A DNA stretch of 64,000 nucleotides from Candidatus Omnitrophota bacterium (lineage in GTDB: Bacteria; Omnitrophota; Gorgyraeia; B26-G9), in NCBI GenBank assembly GCA_043805415.1, contig JAZDHZ010000027.1:71542-135541 (forward strand), in the 5' to 3' direction. The notes under the pieces are model-generated. The model was not told the origin of the DNA and searched no databases. It was given only the letters and a program-made list of their open reading frames with translations. Below, piece after piece: positions 38,726 to 48,082 of the stretch (position 1 is the first letter of the stretch; every line of letters starts with the position of its first letter). The translations under genes and the position numbers were made by a program.

Positions 38726-41716
38726 TTATTCATTTATAAAACCAGCCTTTTCTTCTCTTAAGCTAATTATTTCCTCTGCCATTACAACTTTTTCGCTTTC
38801 ACTCTTTTCCAGATCAGCTCTTACAGCATTAAGCGTTTTTTCCAAATCTTTTATTTTTAGATTCTGTTCTTTCATTTGATCAAATAGCTTTTGGTATTTT
38901 TCCATGATTTGCTGTTTTTGATTAGATAATTCTGCTATCTGATCAATTACTTCTTGGTTAGAATCTGTCTTAATAGTTGTCTGACTCTGCAGATCAGCTA
39001 TTTTTGCCTGAGCAGCCGCTAATTGAGAAGATATCTCCTGTCTTTGATTATTTGAAGACGCGATTTCTGATCGCAATTGAATTTGCACGCTCTCTTTTTC
39101 TTTTAACAATGCTTCCAGTTGTTTTAATTGTTCAGTTAAAGAGTTAATATCATTGCTGCTTTGTTTAATCTCCGCGAGTTCTGCTACCACTGCTTTACTT
39201 TTACTTGTTAAGTCTTTTTCTATTTTAGCCAGCTCTTCGGCTTTGGCCTGCGCCGCAGAGAGATTAGTTTGGGTATTTTTTAATGCATTTTCTAAAACAA
39301 CTAAATCCTGATTTTTTTGTTTAAGTTCAGCTTCCGCGTTCTGAAACTGATTTTTTAATTGATCATAAGACGCGCGCAACGCATTATTTTCCGCTAATAT
39401 CTCTTTCTGACTGCTTTTCGTGTTTCCTAAATCATTGATTTTTTTAGTTAAAACTTCGATCTCTTTTTGCTTACTTGATATTTGCTTAAGTTGCTCTTGG
39501 GTCTGAGCTGCTAAAGCTAGCTTTTCCTGCATAATCAGCTTTTTATCTGCTTCTAAACTATCGGCTTTAGCTGCTATTGCTTGTTTGCCCTGTTCAACAC
39601 CACTCAGCTGCTTACCCAGCGCGTCTAACTGTTTATTCTGTTCAGCATTCAGCTGGATTAGTTTATTATTTTTTTCTATTATAACTTCAAACTCTTTTCC
39701 CTTGGCTAAAAGATCATTTTTTAATAAGGAAACTGTGTTCTCGACTTTAGCCAAAGATTTATTCTGACTAGCAAGCCCCACATTTTCTTTTGCTAAAGCA
39801 TCAAGCTCTATTCTCAACTTCGCGATCTTAGCTTCCAAATCAGCACGTTCAAGGTTTATTTTAGCAAAATCCTTGCTCATTTTTTCAGATTCAAGCTTAG
39901 AATTATTAAGGTCGGTTTTAAGTTTTTCCTGTTCCAAACTTGCTGTCTGATTTTGTTGTGCAAGATTATCGCGTTTTGAATTAATATTTTTATTTTCTTC
40001 CTCTAATGAAGAGATGTTCTTATTTAAAACAAGTATTTGCGACTCTAAATCTTTCTTAACTTTTTGGGTTTCTTTTAACTGCTGACTCAAATCATCTTTA
40101 ACTTCATTTGATTTTGCGATCAAAGTCTCTAATTCGCTGATTCTTTTTTCTAATTTTTCCGCGGAAGAATTCTTTTTTCCGGAAATAGATTTTTCTTGCT
40201 CCAGCGCCTTATTCGTTTTTTCAAGCATACTATTCTTCGTTAAAATACTATCTTTTTCTTGCTGATTCAAAGCAAGTTCTTTATCAATGCGCGCAATCTG
40301 CGCGTCCTTTTTAATAATATCTGCGTCTTGCGATTTTAGGGTTTGCTTAACTTGGTTTAATTCTGACTGCAGATTTTCAATCTTTTCTAATTCTTGTTTA
40401 TAATCCCGCGCAAGCTTTTCTTTTTCTTTAGCAAGAGCATCTTTTTGTTCTTGCAAACCTTTGCTATTATTTTGAGTAAGCAGAATTTGTTTATTTAGCT
40501 CCTCATTTTTCTTATTTAATCCAGCCAATTCAGCTTCAAGCGTTTGTGTTTTTTCCGCTTTATCATCCAAAGAAGCTTGCATTGCTTTAAGCTTATTCTC
40601 AAGCTGCGCTACAACTTTATCGTCTTTTGCCTGTGTTTCTGTTTCAGCCAAAAACGCTTCTTTTTCTTTTTGGATTTGAGCGATTTGATTTTTTGCTTGC
40701 TCGAGCTCTTGTTTTTTCTGATCAAGCTGAACCTGCATTTGTTTTATCTGCTCAGTTACTTGTCCGGAATCAGCACTTTTACCGGCTAATTCTTCTTGCT
40801 GTTTTTCTAATGTCATAATAATTTGTTCAAACAACTTATTCTCGAGAACAATCTTTTGTTTTTCACTTTCTTTAAGCCCAAGGTCTTCTTCGGCTTTTTT
40901 AATATCATGCTGCAATTGTTCTTGTTTTTTATTTTGCGCTAAATTGCTTTCATTTACTTTTCTTAGCGCTTCCTCTAAATTATTCTTTTCCGCTTTAAGG
41001 ATTTCATAATGCTCAAGCTGATCCCTAATAGATAATGCCGGCTTTTCCTCATAAGCTTCTTTTTTAGCTCCAAACAAACCTCCTAAAAAAGTATTATCGC
41101 TAGTTACTACCGGTTTAATCGTGACATCTTTTTTTTGATATAAATCTATCAGCTCTTGTTTGACAACTAAAAGTTCTTCTGCTAAAGATTTTTTCTCATT
41201 ATTAACAGTTTCGATCAAAACCTGGTCTTGCTGCAGCCGCTCATCTTTATTTATTAAAGTTAGTTCTAATTGTTTTATCTTCTGAAACAGCTCTTCTTGG
41301 GGCTTGTTCTTTTTCTTTAGCTTGGCATTAGCCTTTTCTAATTTATCCTGAAATTCTTTTCTTTCTTTTTTTATTCTTTTAATCTCGTTTTGTAATAATT
41401 CGTTTTCATTATCTAAACGTTCACTGTCATTGATTATTTTTCTAGCATCTTTACCTGAATCGCTTTGCTTTGGGATTTCGCTTAACTCTTTTTTAATTAT
41501 AACTCCAGCCGGATTTTCACTCGCATGCAGCACTTGTCTTGCTTTTTCAAACTCAGTCTGAGCTTCTTTATACTTACCCAGTTTATATAATTCCTGAGCT
41601 CTAATATAATGCTTATCATATTCTTGCGAATAAGCAGAAGCTAAATTACAGAAAATAAATACAACTGCGCATAAAATCACACTTAAAACTATGTTTCTTT
41701 TTTTAAAGCTAAGCAT
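38726..41716 (-). CDS. Giant secreted coiled-coil protein (996 aa) with N-terminal TPR-like motif
   Basis: Signal peptide (MLSFKKRNIVLSVILCAVVFIFCNLASA). One TPR-like unit (YIRAQELYKLGKYKEAQTEFEKARQV) paralogous to the Wza-like N-terminal repeats. About 900 aa of uninterrupted K/E/Q/L-rich heptad coiled coil. No ATPase head domains. Confidence 0.5.
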   Translation of the reverse strand: MLSFKKRNIVLSVILCAVVFIFCNLASAYSQEYDKHYIRAQELYKLGKYKEAQTEFEKARQVLHASENPAGVIIKKELSEIPKQSDSGKDARKIINDSERLDNENELLQNEIKRIKKERKEFQDKLEKANAKLKKKNKPQEELFQKIKQLELTLINKDERLQQDQVLIETVNNEKKSLAEELLVVKQELIDLYQKKDVTIKPVVTSDNTFLGGLFGAKKEAYEEKPALSIRDQLEHYEILKAEKNNLEEALRKVNESNLAQNKKQEQLQHDIKKAEEDLGLKESEKQKIVLENKLFEQIIMTLEKQQEELAGKSADSGQVTEQIKQMQVQLDQKKQELEQAKNQIAQIQKEKEAFLAETETQAKDDKVVAQLENKLKAMQASLDDKAEKTQTLEAELAGLNKKNEELNKQILLTQNNSKGLQEQKDALAKEKEKLARDYKQELEKIENLQSELNQVKQTLKSQDADIIKKDAQIARIDKELALNQQEKDSILTKNSMLEKTNKALEQEKSISGKKNSSAEKLEKRISELETLIAKSNEVKDDLSQQLKETQKVKKDLESQILVLNKNISSLEEENKNINSKRDNLAQQNQTASLEQEKLKTDLNNSKLESEKMSKDFAKINLERADLEAKIAKLRIELDALAKENVGLASQNKSLAKVENTVSLLKNDLLAKGKEFEVIIEKNNKLIQLNAEQNKQLDALGKQLSGVEQGKQAIAAKADSLEADKKLIMQEKLALAAQTQEQLKQISSKQKEIEVLTKKINDLGNTKSSQKEILAENNALRASYDQLKNQFQNAEAELKQKNQDLVVLENALKNTQTNLSAAQAKAEELAKIEKDLTSKSKAVVAELAEIKQSSNDINSLTEQLKQLEALLKEKESVQIQLRSEIASSNNQRQEISSQLAAAQAKIADLQSQTTIKTDSNQEVIDQIAELSNQKQQIMEKYQKLFDQMKEQNLKIKDLEKTLNAVRADLEKSESEKVVMAEEIISLREEKAGFINE

Positions 41717-41738
41717 TATTTATTCCCCCGACAAAAAC

Positions 41739-43418
41739 TCAGTTCCCCATTAATAGTTCGATTTCTTTTTTTAATTTATCTGCTTTAATTTTATCTTCTG
41801 AAGTGTTTTCCTGTTTTTTAAAACGCTCAACCATATTTTCTTGCAAAGTGATATTTAACTGTGTTGAGCGGCTTAGATCTTCCAATGTTCTTTTTTGACG
41901 TTGCTGAATATCCACAAGCTCTTGTTGTTTTACTTGAAATTCCGCTTTTAATATCGCCAGTTCGCTTTTCAGGCTTAAGATATCTTTATTCTTAGCGATA
42001 ATTTCTTCTTCCCTGCGCGATAAAAGCTCGCTCATCTGAAGCATCTGGTTCTTCAGGTTAGAATAGAGCATATTGGCATTGTTAAATTCTTTATCTTGAT
42101 AGAATCCGCGTTCTTCTAAACTCTGTTTTGCCCTAGCTAATGCCGCTAACTCTTCATCTTTTCTTTTTAATGCCGATTCCTTATCCACCAAGGAATCATT
42201 AAGCATCTTAATTCTATCTTTAAGCAAAGCATATTGTCTGGCTTCAGTCGCCCCTTCGGGAAAAGATAAATCTGATCCGGCTTTAAGCGTCTTTTCTAAT
42301 TCACTAATTCTCTGTTTGGATGTTTCCAGTTCAACTTCCTTACTCATTAAAAGTTCTGAAAATTTAACTACCTGGGCTTTAGCTGTATCATAAAGAGCAT
42401 AAGCTTTGTTTAAATCTGGTTGCCCTGATTTAAGCGGAACCTCACCAATGGGTGGTAATATATCCGCAAAGGAATCTTTCTTCAAGGCATTAATAATTTT
42501 TTCTTGTTCTTTTAATTTTTTCTCAGCCTCGGCGAGATCTTGTTCCGCCAAATCTCGCTCGCTTTCGATTTTCTTGATATTACGCGCTTTTCTCTGTACA
42601 TCTAATAACTCTTCTTCAAGACTTGCTATTTTTTCACTTTGAAGATTTAATTTTTCATTTATTTTAGACCTTGCGCTGCTAAACTGGACAACCTCTCTGT
42701 TGAGCGAACTTCTTTGCGATTCTTTTTCTTTGAGCTGGCTGCGTAAATCATCAATTTGCGCTTTTAATTTATCATTCGGAGTTTGCGCTGATATCTTTAA
42801 TGCTTGCTCTAATTTAGTCTCAACTTTTCCCATTTCCGTTTCAAGCTTAGCTATTTTTTTTTCTAGAATTTTTTTCTCTTTATTCGAGTTAGCATTTTCC
42901 TGAACAAGATTTTTAATCTCGCTGTCTTTTTCTTTTAATAATTTATCAGTTTTCTCTATTTTTTCTAAATAGCCGCGAATTGTCTTATCGCTTTTCGTGG
43001 CATTTAACTCATCTTTAACCTCTTTCAAGGTTTCCAAAGTTTTAGTAAATTCGCGAGTAAGGGAATTTACCCGATTATTTAGACTTAGATTTGATTCCTG
43101 CAAAGAATCCTTTTCTTTTTTAACTTGCGAATATGAAACGTCAAGCGTTTGAAGTTTTTTTTCATTTTCCGCATATTGTTCTTTAATATTTTTTACATCT
43201 GACAGCCCAGCAAGTTCTTTTTTAAGTACTGAGATCAGCGTTTCTTCTTCGTTTTTTTCAATAGTTAGAGCTACTTTTTCCTTAAATAATAATTCAGCAC
43301 GCTTTGCTAATATTTCCGCTCTATTTTTCGTTTCGATAAAGCGGAATACAAAAAATATAACTCCGCCTGCTACTAATATTAATAGGAAAAACGCTATTCC
43401 TTTTAAGAATTTACTCAT
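41739..43418 (-). CDS. Membrane-anchored coiled-coil protein (559 aa)
   Basis: N-terminal TM helix (IAFFLLILVAGGVIFFVFRFI) followed by a long heptad-repeat coiled coil. Confidence 0.45.
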   Translation of the reverse strand: MSKFLKGIAFFLLILVAGGVIFFVFRFIETKNRAEILAKRAELLFKEKVALTIEKNEEETLISVLKKELAGLSDVKNIKEQYAENEKKLQTLDVSYSQVKKEKDSLQESNLSLNNRVNSLTREFTKTLETLKEVKDELNATKSDKTIRGYLEKIEKTDKLLKEKDSEIKNLVQENANSNKEKKILEKKIAKLETEMGKVETKLEQALKISAQTPNDKLKAQIDDLRSQLKEKESQRSSLNREVVQFSSARSKINEKLNLQSEKIASLEEELLDVQRKARNIKKIESERDLAEQDLAEAEKKLKEQEKIINALKKDSFADILPPIGEVPLKSGQPDLNKAYALYDTAKAQVVKFSELLMSKEVELETSKQRISELEKTLKAGSDLSFPEGATEARQYALLKDRIKMLNDSLVDKESALKRKDEELAALARAKQSLEERGFYQDKEFNNANMLYSNLKNQMLQMSELLSRREEEIIAKNKDILSLKSELAILKAEFQVKQQELVDIQQRQKRTLEDLSRSTQLNITLQENMVERFKKQENTSEDKIKADKLKKEIELLMGN

Positions 43419-43428
43419 TAGGATTCTC

Positions 43429-44580
43429 TTACTTTAGGTTAACATCATTATAGATATCATGAATATATATAGAAAAATTTTTACTTAAATCAACTGGCTT
43501 ATTTTGAAGTAATTTTTGCCCATGCGCGTCATGTGTCACTTTAATAACAGGCCTAAGCGGCATCTTTGGGTTTTGGCTTGATACTTTGGCGATTTCCTTA
43601 GTATTAAGCCGAATTATTGTATTTAATGGAAATATACCCACGCAATCAATCAAGGTCTTAAGAAATTTAGGCTCGAATTTATTTTTTTCATTTATAAGAT
43701 CTTTTATTATTTTTAGATACCCTAGTTTTTTTCTATAAGGCCTGGCATGATTCATTGCCTCATAGACATCCACAACCGCGATTAGTCTGGCATATTCACA
43801 TATTTCTTTATCTTTTAATCCGTACGGATATCCTGAGCCGTCAACACGCTCATGCTCTTGGTGAATAACATCAAAAATTTCAAAATCTAAATCTTGAGCG
43901 ATTTTTTTTAAAACATCTTTACCTAAAATTGGATGTTTCTTAATTTCCCAAAAATCATTATCACTGAAACGCGCGGGACGACTGATAAGATTATCAAAAT
44001 TTATCAGGCCAATGTCATGAACAAGCGATGCTAATCCAATTTGTCTAAGACGAGTATGATCATAATTTAAGTCCATTGCCAGCCGCAAACAAAGAATGCA
44101 GACATTTACAGAATGCTGATAAATATACCCCTTTTCAACAGAATACTCCGTGAAAAAAAGTCTTAGTAATTGATTTGGATCATCTTTGAGAAAAGCAATA
44201 AACTGTTTAATTATATCTTCTGCTGCAAGAAAACAGCCTTTTTGCCCATTATCCAAAGGGTTCATTATTCCCTGGACAAAAGAAATTGCCCTTTGATACG
44301 CATCAACTACCTGGGCAGGTTCAGCCTCAGCTTTTTCCTCAATCTCTGAAAAAGTTTCCTCAGTCTTGTCCTGATCAGCAACAACAGTCTCTTGCTGGAT
44401 TACCTCAGGTTCAAGCGGCTTAATTTCAGTTTTTTTTATCCTTAACTCAGGGTTTATTTCTTGCGCTTGCGGCTGTTTTAATTCAATATCAGGAGCAGGC
44501 CGCTCAGATGCCTGAGCCTTACTTACCTTACTCAGCCTGTTTTTTTTTGCCTTTTTAAGAATATCAGATATTTTTAGCAT
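43429..44580 (-). CDS. HD-GYP domain phosphodiesterase (stand-alone, no receiver domain)
   Basis: 383 aa. Low-complexity acidic N-terminus. HD motif (LASLVHDIGL) and the diagnostic HHERVDGSGYPYGL (HD-GYP) motif. Confidence 0.75.
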   Translation of the reverse strand: MLKISDILKKAKKNRLSKVSKAQASERPAPDIELKQPQAQEINPELRIKKTEIKPLEPEVIQQETVVADQDKTEETFSEIEEKAEAEPAQVVDAYQRAISFVQGIMNPLDNGQKGCFLAAEDIIKQFIAFLKDDPNQLLRLFFTEYSVEKGYIYQHSVNVCILCLRLAMDLNYDHTRLRQIGLASLVHDIGLINFDNLISRPARFSDNDFWEIKKHPILGKDVLKKIAQDLDFEIFDVIHQEHERVDGSGYPYGLKDKEICEYARLIAVVDVYEAMNHARPYRKKLGYLKIIKDLINEKNKFEPKFLKTLIDCVGIFPLNTIIRLNTKEIAKVSSQNPKMPLRPVIKVTHDAHGQKLLQNKPVDLSKNFSIYIHDIYNDVNLK

Positions 44581-44629
44581 TTTTGTTTTTTAATATGTCT
44601 CAATTTTTAGTCAGGAATTTTCCTCTCGA

Positions 44630-45259
44630 CTATTGTACTGGTGATTTTTCTTTGCTGATAAATGTAAAATCCTCTGATTCACTGGGAGCTTTTTGTTGAC
44701 TTAAAACACCGCGCATTTCGGTCATATTCTCGTCAATTTCTCCGCGCCAGAAAACAATCTGTCCATTTTCTGAGCTTTGCATAGTTTCCCAAATCGTCAT
44801 TCCATTCTCTTTTATGGTTAAAGTATAATTTGTCGCTGTAAAACCTTTATCACTAAACTGCTGCGAGTAAAATTTATTGTCCTTAAAAATCAGATCATCT
44901 TTTCTGATTTTTCCGCCTCCAGCTATAGGAAAAATCTCGGTATTCCAGCTGGTATTATTAAGATTTTTTCTTACTTTTTCACTCAATGCTTTTGCTTCAA
45001 TTTGTGAAAGATTTGCTTTCTCCTGTGAAGCAACGGGTTTTACTGATTTTTCTTGGGTTACTGGTTTTACTGGTTTTTCCTGGATTACTGGTTTTTCTTG
45101 GATTACTGGATTAGCTTGTTTTTTAGACTCCACCTGAATTTCTTCTGTTTTTTCCTCAGGAGTATCAGATTTTTTCTTACCCCACAAGGCATGTCCGTTT
45201 TGCGCTGTGCTGATTACAAATACTGCGATTAAAACCATACAAAACACTGCTTTTTTCAT
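44630..45259 (-). CDS. Secreted protein with PVIQEK/PVKPVTQEK tandem repeats
   Basis: 209 aa. Signal peptide (MKKAVFCMVLIAVFVISTAQNGHA). A hexapeptide tandem repeat region, then a C-terminal globular part. Confidence 0.4.
   Translation of the reverse strand: MKKAVFCMVLIAVFVISTAQNGHALWGKKKSDTPEEKTEEIQVESKKQANPVIQEKPVIQEKPVKPVTQEKSVKPVASQEKANLSQIEAKALSEKVRKNLNNTSWNTEIFPIAGGGKIRKDDLIFKDNKFYSQQFSDKGFTATNYTLTIKENGMTIWETMQSSENGQIVFWRGEIDENMTEMRGVLSQQKAPSESEDFTFISKEKSPVQ
45040..45125. repeat. Short tandem repeat, period about 18 bp (coding; PVIQEK units)
   Basis: The 18-bp unit ggattactggtttttc(c/t)t recurs consecutively on the plus strand inside gene 44630-45259. Confidence 0.5.
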
Positions 45260-45286
45260 ACCGCCCCCTTTTGTTTATAATAAACT

Positions 45287-46261
45287 TTATTTAGCGCCTG
45301 CTTTTCCTTCCCAAGTCTGCCAGGTAAGGATATATCTTTTAACCCAATCAACGTCTTCATCTTCTTTTTTAGTTAACATCAGGAATTTCTGAAACCGATC
45401 AATTGCCTTTGGTCTATCTTCGACATATTCCGCGTAAATAAACCCCAGATTAAAATAAGCTTGCGGGTCATCAGGATTTAATTCAATCGCTTTTTCAAAC
45501 TCAGAAATTGCTCTGGGATATTCTTTATTCTTTGTGTAAAAAACACCCAGGTTATAATGCATAAGGGCTGTCCGCTTTATTAATATTTTATTTTCTCTGG
45601 CAATCTCAGCATATTCCTTTGGCTGACGATTGATTTTGTTTTCTAGCTTTTTATTCGTAGCTACTGATTTCTTATACTTTAATTTTACTTCTTTTATTTG
45701 ATCTCTTAACACCCCGGCTGTTGCTTCCGCCTTAGCTGCTTGATCCACAGACTTTTCAACTTCTTTTTGTATTGTCTTCAGATTGTTCTCAAGCCGAGAT
45801 ATCTCTTTTGCCTGTTCTTTAATTTTTCTATTTAAATCCTCAACAATGATATAGCCAGCTTTGGATTTTGAAAGAGTCTTACGCAATAAATCCCTTTCTT
45901 CCTGTAGCTGAAATTGATCTGCTAATAAATTATCTATTTTAGTTAACAGCTGTTCATTGCTCGCCTGGAGCCGATTGTTAGTACTTTTAAAGGTTTCTTT
46001 TTCCATCTCCCATTGGGCCCGTTCAGCCTCAATTAAACTCAACTGCTCTTTGGCTTGAGTTATTTCATTTTTGTATTGCAAAAGAATCTTCATCTGAGCT
46101 AGTAAATTTTCCCTATCGGTTACAACAGCCTCATATTCTTTCTTTAACGTGCTATAATCTTTATTCGCGTCAGGTTCTCCCTGAGCCTGGCCAAAAGCAA
46201 TTGCTGGCAACAACATCATCACACAAAAGCACACTAGCTTAATTGATTTCATTTTATTCAT
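45287..46261 (-). CDS. Secreted coiled-coil protein with C-terminal TPR repeats (PilF/PilW-pilotin-like), partner of secretin 1
   Basis: 324 aa. Signal peptide (MKSIKLVCFCVMMLLPAIAFG). A ~200-aa coiled coil. C-terminal TPRs (HYNLGVFYTKNKEYPRAISEFEKAIELNPDDPQAYFNLGFIYAEY). Its start overlaps the secretin 1 stop by 8 nt. Confidence 0.5.
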   Translation of the reverse strand: MNKMKSIKLVCFCVMMLLPAIAFGQAQGEPDANKDYSTLKKEYEAVVTDRENLLAQMKILLQYKNEITQAKEQLSLIEAERAQWEMEKETFKSTNNRLQASNEQLLTKIDNLLADQFQLQEERDLLRKTLSKSKAGYIIVEDLNRKIKEQAKEISRLENNLKTIQKEVEKSVDQAAKAEATAGVLRDQIKEVKLKYKKSVATNKKLENKINRQPKEYAEIARENKILIKRTALMHYNLGVFYTKNKEYPRAISEFEKAIELNPDDPQAYFNLGFIYAEYVEDRPKAIDRFQKFLMLTKKEDEDVDWVKRYILTWQTWEGKAGAK

Positions 46262-48071
46262 CCTTTAAAGGTTTTAGTGTTGGATAATATGCCTCAGCAT
46301 CTTTGTATTCCGGATATTCTTGATACAATTTTGGTTCTATTTTATGTTGTTTTTCAAACTCAGTCAAATCAGATTCGGTTGTCATTAGATTATAGTCTTT
46401 ATATCCCTTATCCTGATCAATCCCAAAATCTCGTTTATCTCCAGTATCTAATTTGTCTCCTTTTATAATATGAGCCGTAACCATAATCAGTAATTCGCTA
46501 CGGCTTGACCCCTTTGTCCCGGATTTAAACAGCATTCCCAAAATAGGGATCTTTCCTAAAAACGGTACTTCCTGAGAATTATCCGATTTTTCTTCACGGC
46601 ACAACCCGCCAACTGCCACAGTTGCCCCATCTTTTATCATTACGGTTGTCTCTGCAGTTGATGAATCAACAATTGGAATTCGGTTATTTTGCGCTGTGAG
46701 CAAAGTTCCGATCACACTACTTAGATCAGGCTTTATTTTTAAAGTAACATATCCTTCATCATTAATTGTCGGAGTAATATGAAGCTGTAAACCAACATCT
46801 AAAAAAGTTACCTCTTCAGAAACCGTAGTTGTTGTCTGCCCGGCAGTAGTGGTTGTTGTAATATAGGCTTGCCGCTCACCTACATGAATACGCGCCTCCT
46901 GATTATTTGTAACCGCAAGTTTAGGATTGGACAGAATTTTAACAGTCCCTAATGTCTTCAGATACTTTAACATAACATCATAATCATTATTACCCACTAC
47001 TCCAATATGCATTTCACCTGTGCCCACAGTTGGCACACTTGAAGCATAATCAGAAGTTGTTCCGCTAAAAGGGTACGATCCAATATTTCCGGTATCACTA
47101 AGCACCTCAGCTCTTGAACGCCATGCAGCAGTAGTGCTGTTTACCGATGCCAGCGGGGTAGAGCCAAGATAGCTTGTATTCCCGTCTTTATTCGCTAATT
47201 CAAACAGCCCCTCCCATTCAACCCCTTGGCTTAAATCATCAGTAAGCTTTATTTGAATTATTGTGGACTCAATCAATACTTCCCGAGTCTTTTGATCCAG
47301 TTTTTTAATAATCGCTTCAATATCTATCATTCTCTCAGGTAAAGTCTGAACAATAAGCTGATTCGTCCGTTCATCCGCCTTTATCGATCCCACTTTTTTC
47401 ATATCCAGCTGAGTCTTAAGCTGCTTTTCAATATCCTTCGCATTCGCGTACTGCAAATCAAAAACTCTTATCGTACTTTTGAATTCTAACAATTCCAGGG
47501 TTTTAGTTATTTCCACTATTTTTTCTGGTGTATCAAGCACAAGTATGGTTCCGGAATCAGCCTCAACTAATACTTTGCCAATTGTACTTTTTATCGAATC
47601 AATTATGGTATAGGCTTGATCGGGTATAACATATTTCAGGTGAAACACTTTTACCTGACGGATATCATCAAAGCCTTTTCCATAGCGCTGTTTGTATTCT
47701 TTTTCCGTCATTACATTAAAAATTGAACCTATTTTTTCATAAGCTAAACTATTTGACCTGATAACAATCTCAAATATATCTTCCACAGCCGCATCATTAA
47801 TCATTAAAGTTATTCGGCCGGAAACCTCTTTTGTCGGCACAATATTCAAATTAGCTTTTTGGGCAATATATTTAAGAGCATCTTTAACTTCAATATCCCG
47901 CAAGTCAAGAGAAATCAATTCTTTAGCAACCATAAGATTTGAAACAGCCACAGGATTAGCTGCTACTGCCGAGGCATACTCACGTAAAGCTAAAGCAGTT
48001 CCAACAGTATATAATATTGTAACTGTGAAAAAGAAAATAGTCAAAAATATAATAAAAATATATTGTTTCAT
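46254..48071 (-). CDS. Secretin (GspD/PilQ family), paralog 1
   Basis: 605 aa. Signal peptide. Secretin_N/STN domain (ISLDLRDIEVKDALKYIAQKANLNIV). C-terminal secretin domain (ARIHVGERQAYITTTTTAGQTTTTVSEEVTFLDVGLQLHITP...TVMIKDGATVAVGGL...VPFLGKIPILGMLFKS). Confidence 0.8.
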   Translation of the reverse strand: MKQYIFIIFLTIFFFTVTILYTVGTALALREYASAVAANPVAVSNLMVAKELISLDLRDIEVKDALKYIAQKANLNIVPTKEVSGRITLMINDAAVEDIFEIVIRSNSLAYEKIGSIFNVMTEKEYKQRYGKGFDDIRQVKVFHLKYVIPDQAYTIIDSIKSTIGKVLVEADSGTILVLDTPEKIVEITKTLELLEFKSTIRVFDLQYANAKDIEKQLKTQLDMKKVGSIKADERTNQLIVQTLPERMIDIEAIIKKLDQKTREVLIESTIIQIKLTDDLSQGVEWEGLFELANKDGNTSYLGSTPLASVNSTTAAWRSRAEVLSDTGNIGSYPFSGTTSDYASSVPTVGTGEMHIGVVGNNDYDVMLKYLKTLGTVKILSNPKLAVTNNQEARIHVGERQAYITTTTTAGQTTTTVSEEVTFLDVGLQLHITPTINDEGYVTLKIKPDLSSVIGTLLTAQNNRIPIVDSSTAETTVMIKDGATVAVGGLCREEKSDNSQEVPFLGKIPILGMLFKSGTKGSSRSELLIMVTAHIIKGDKLDTGDKRDFGIDQDKGYKDYNLMTTESDLTEFEKQHKIEPKLYQEYPEYKDAEAYYPTLKPLKDE

Positions 48072-48082
48072 GGGTATAAAAA

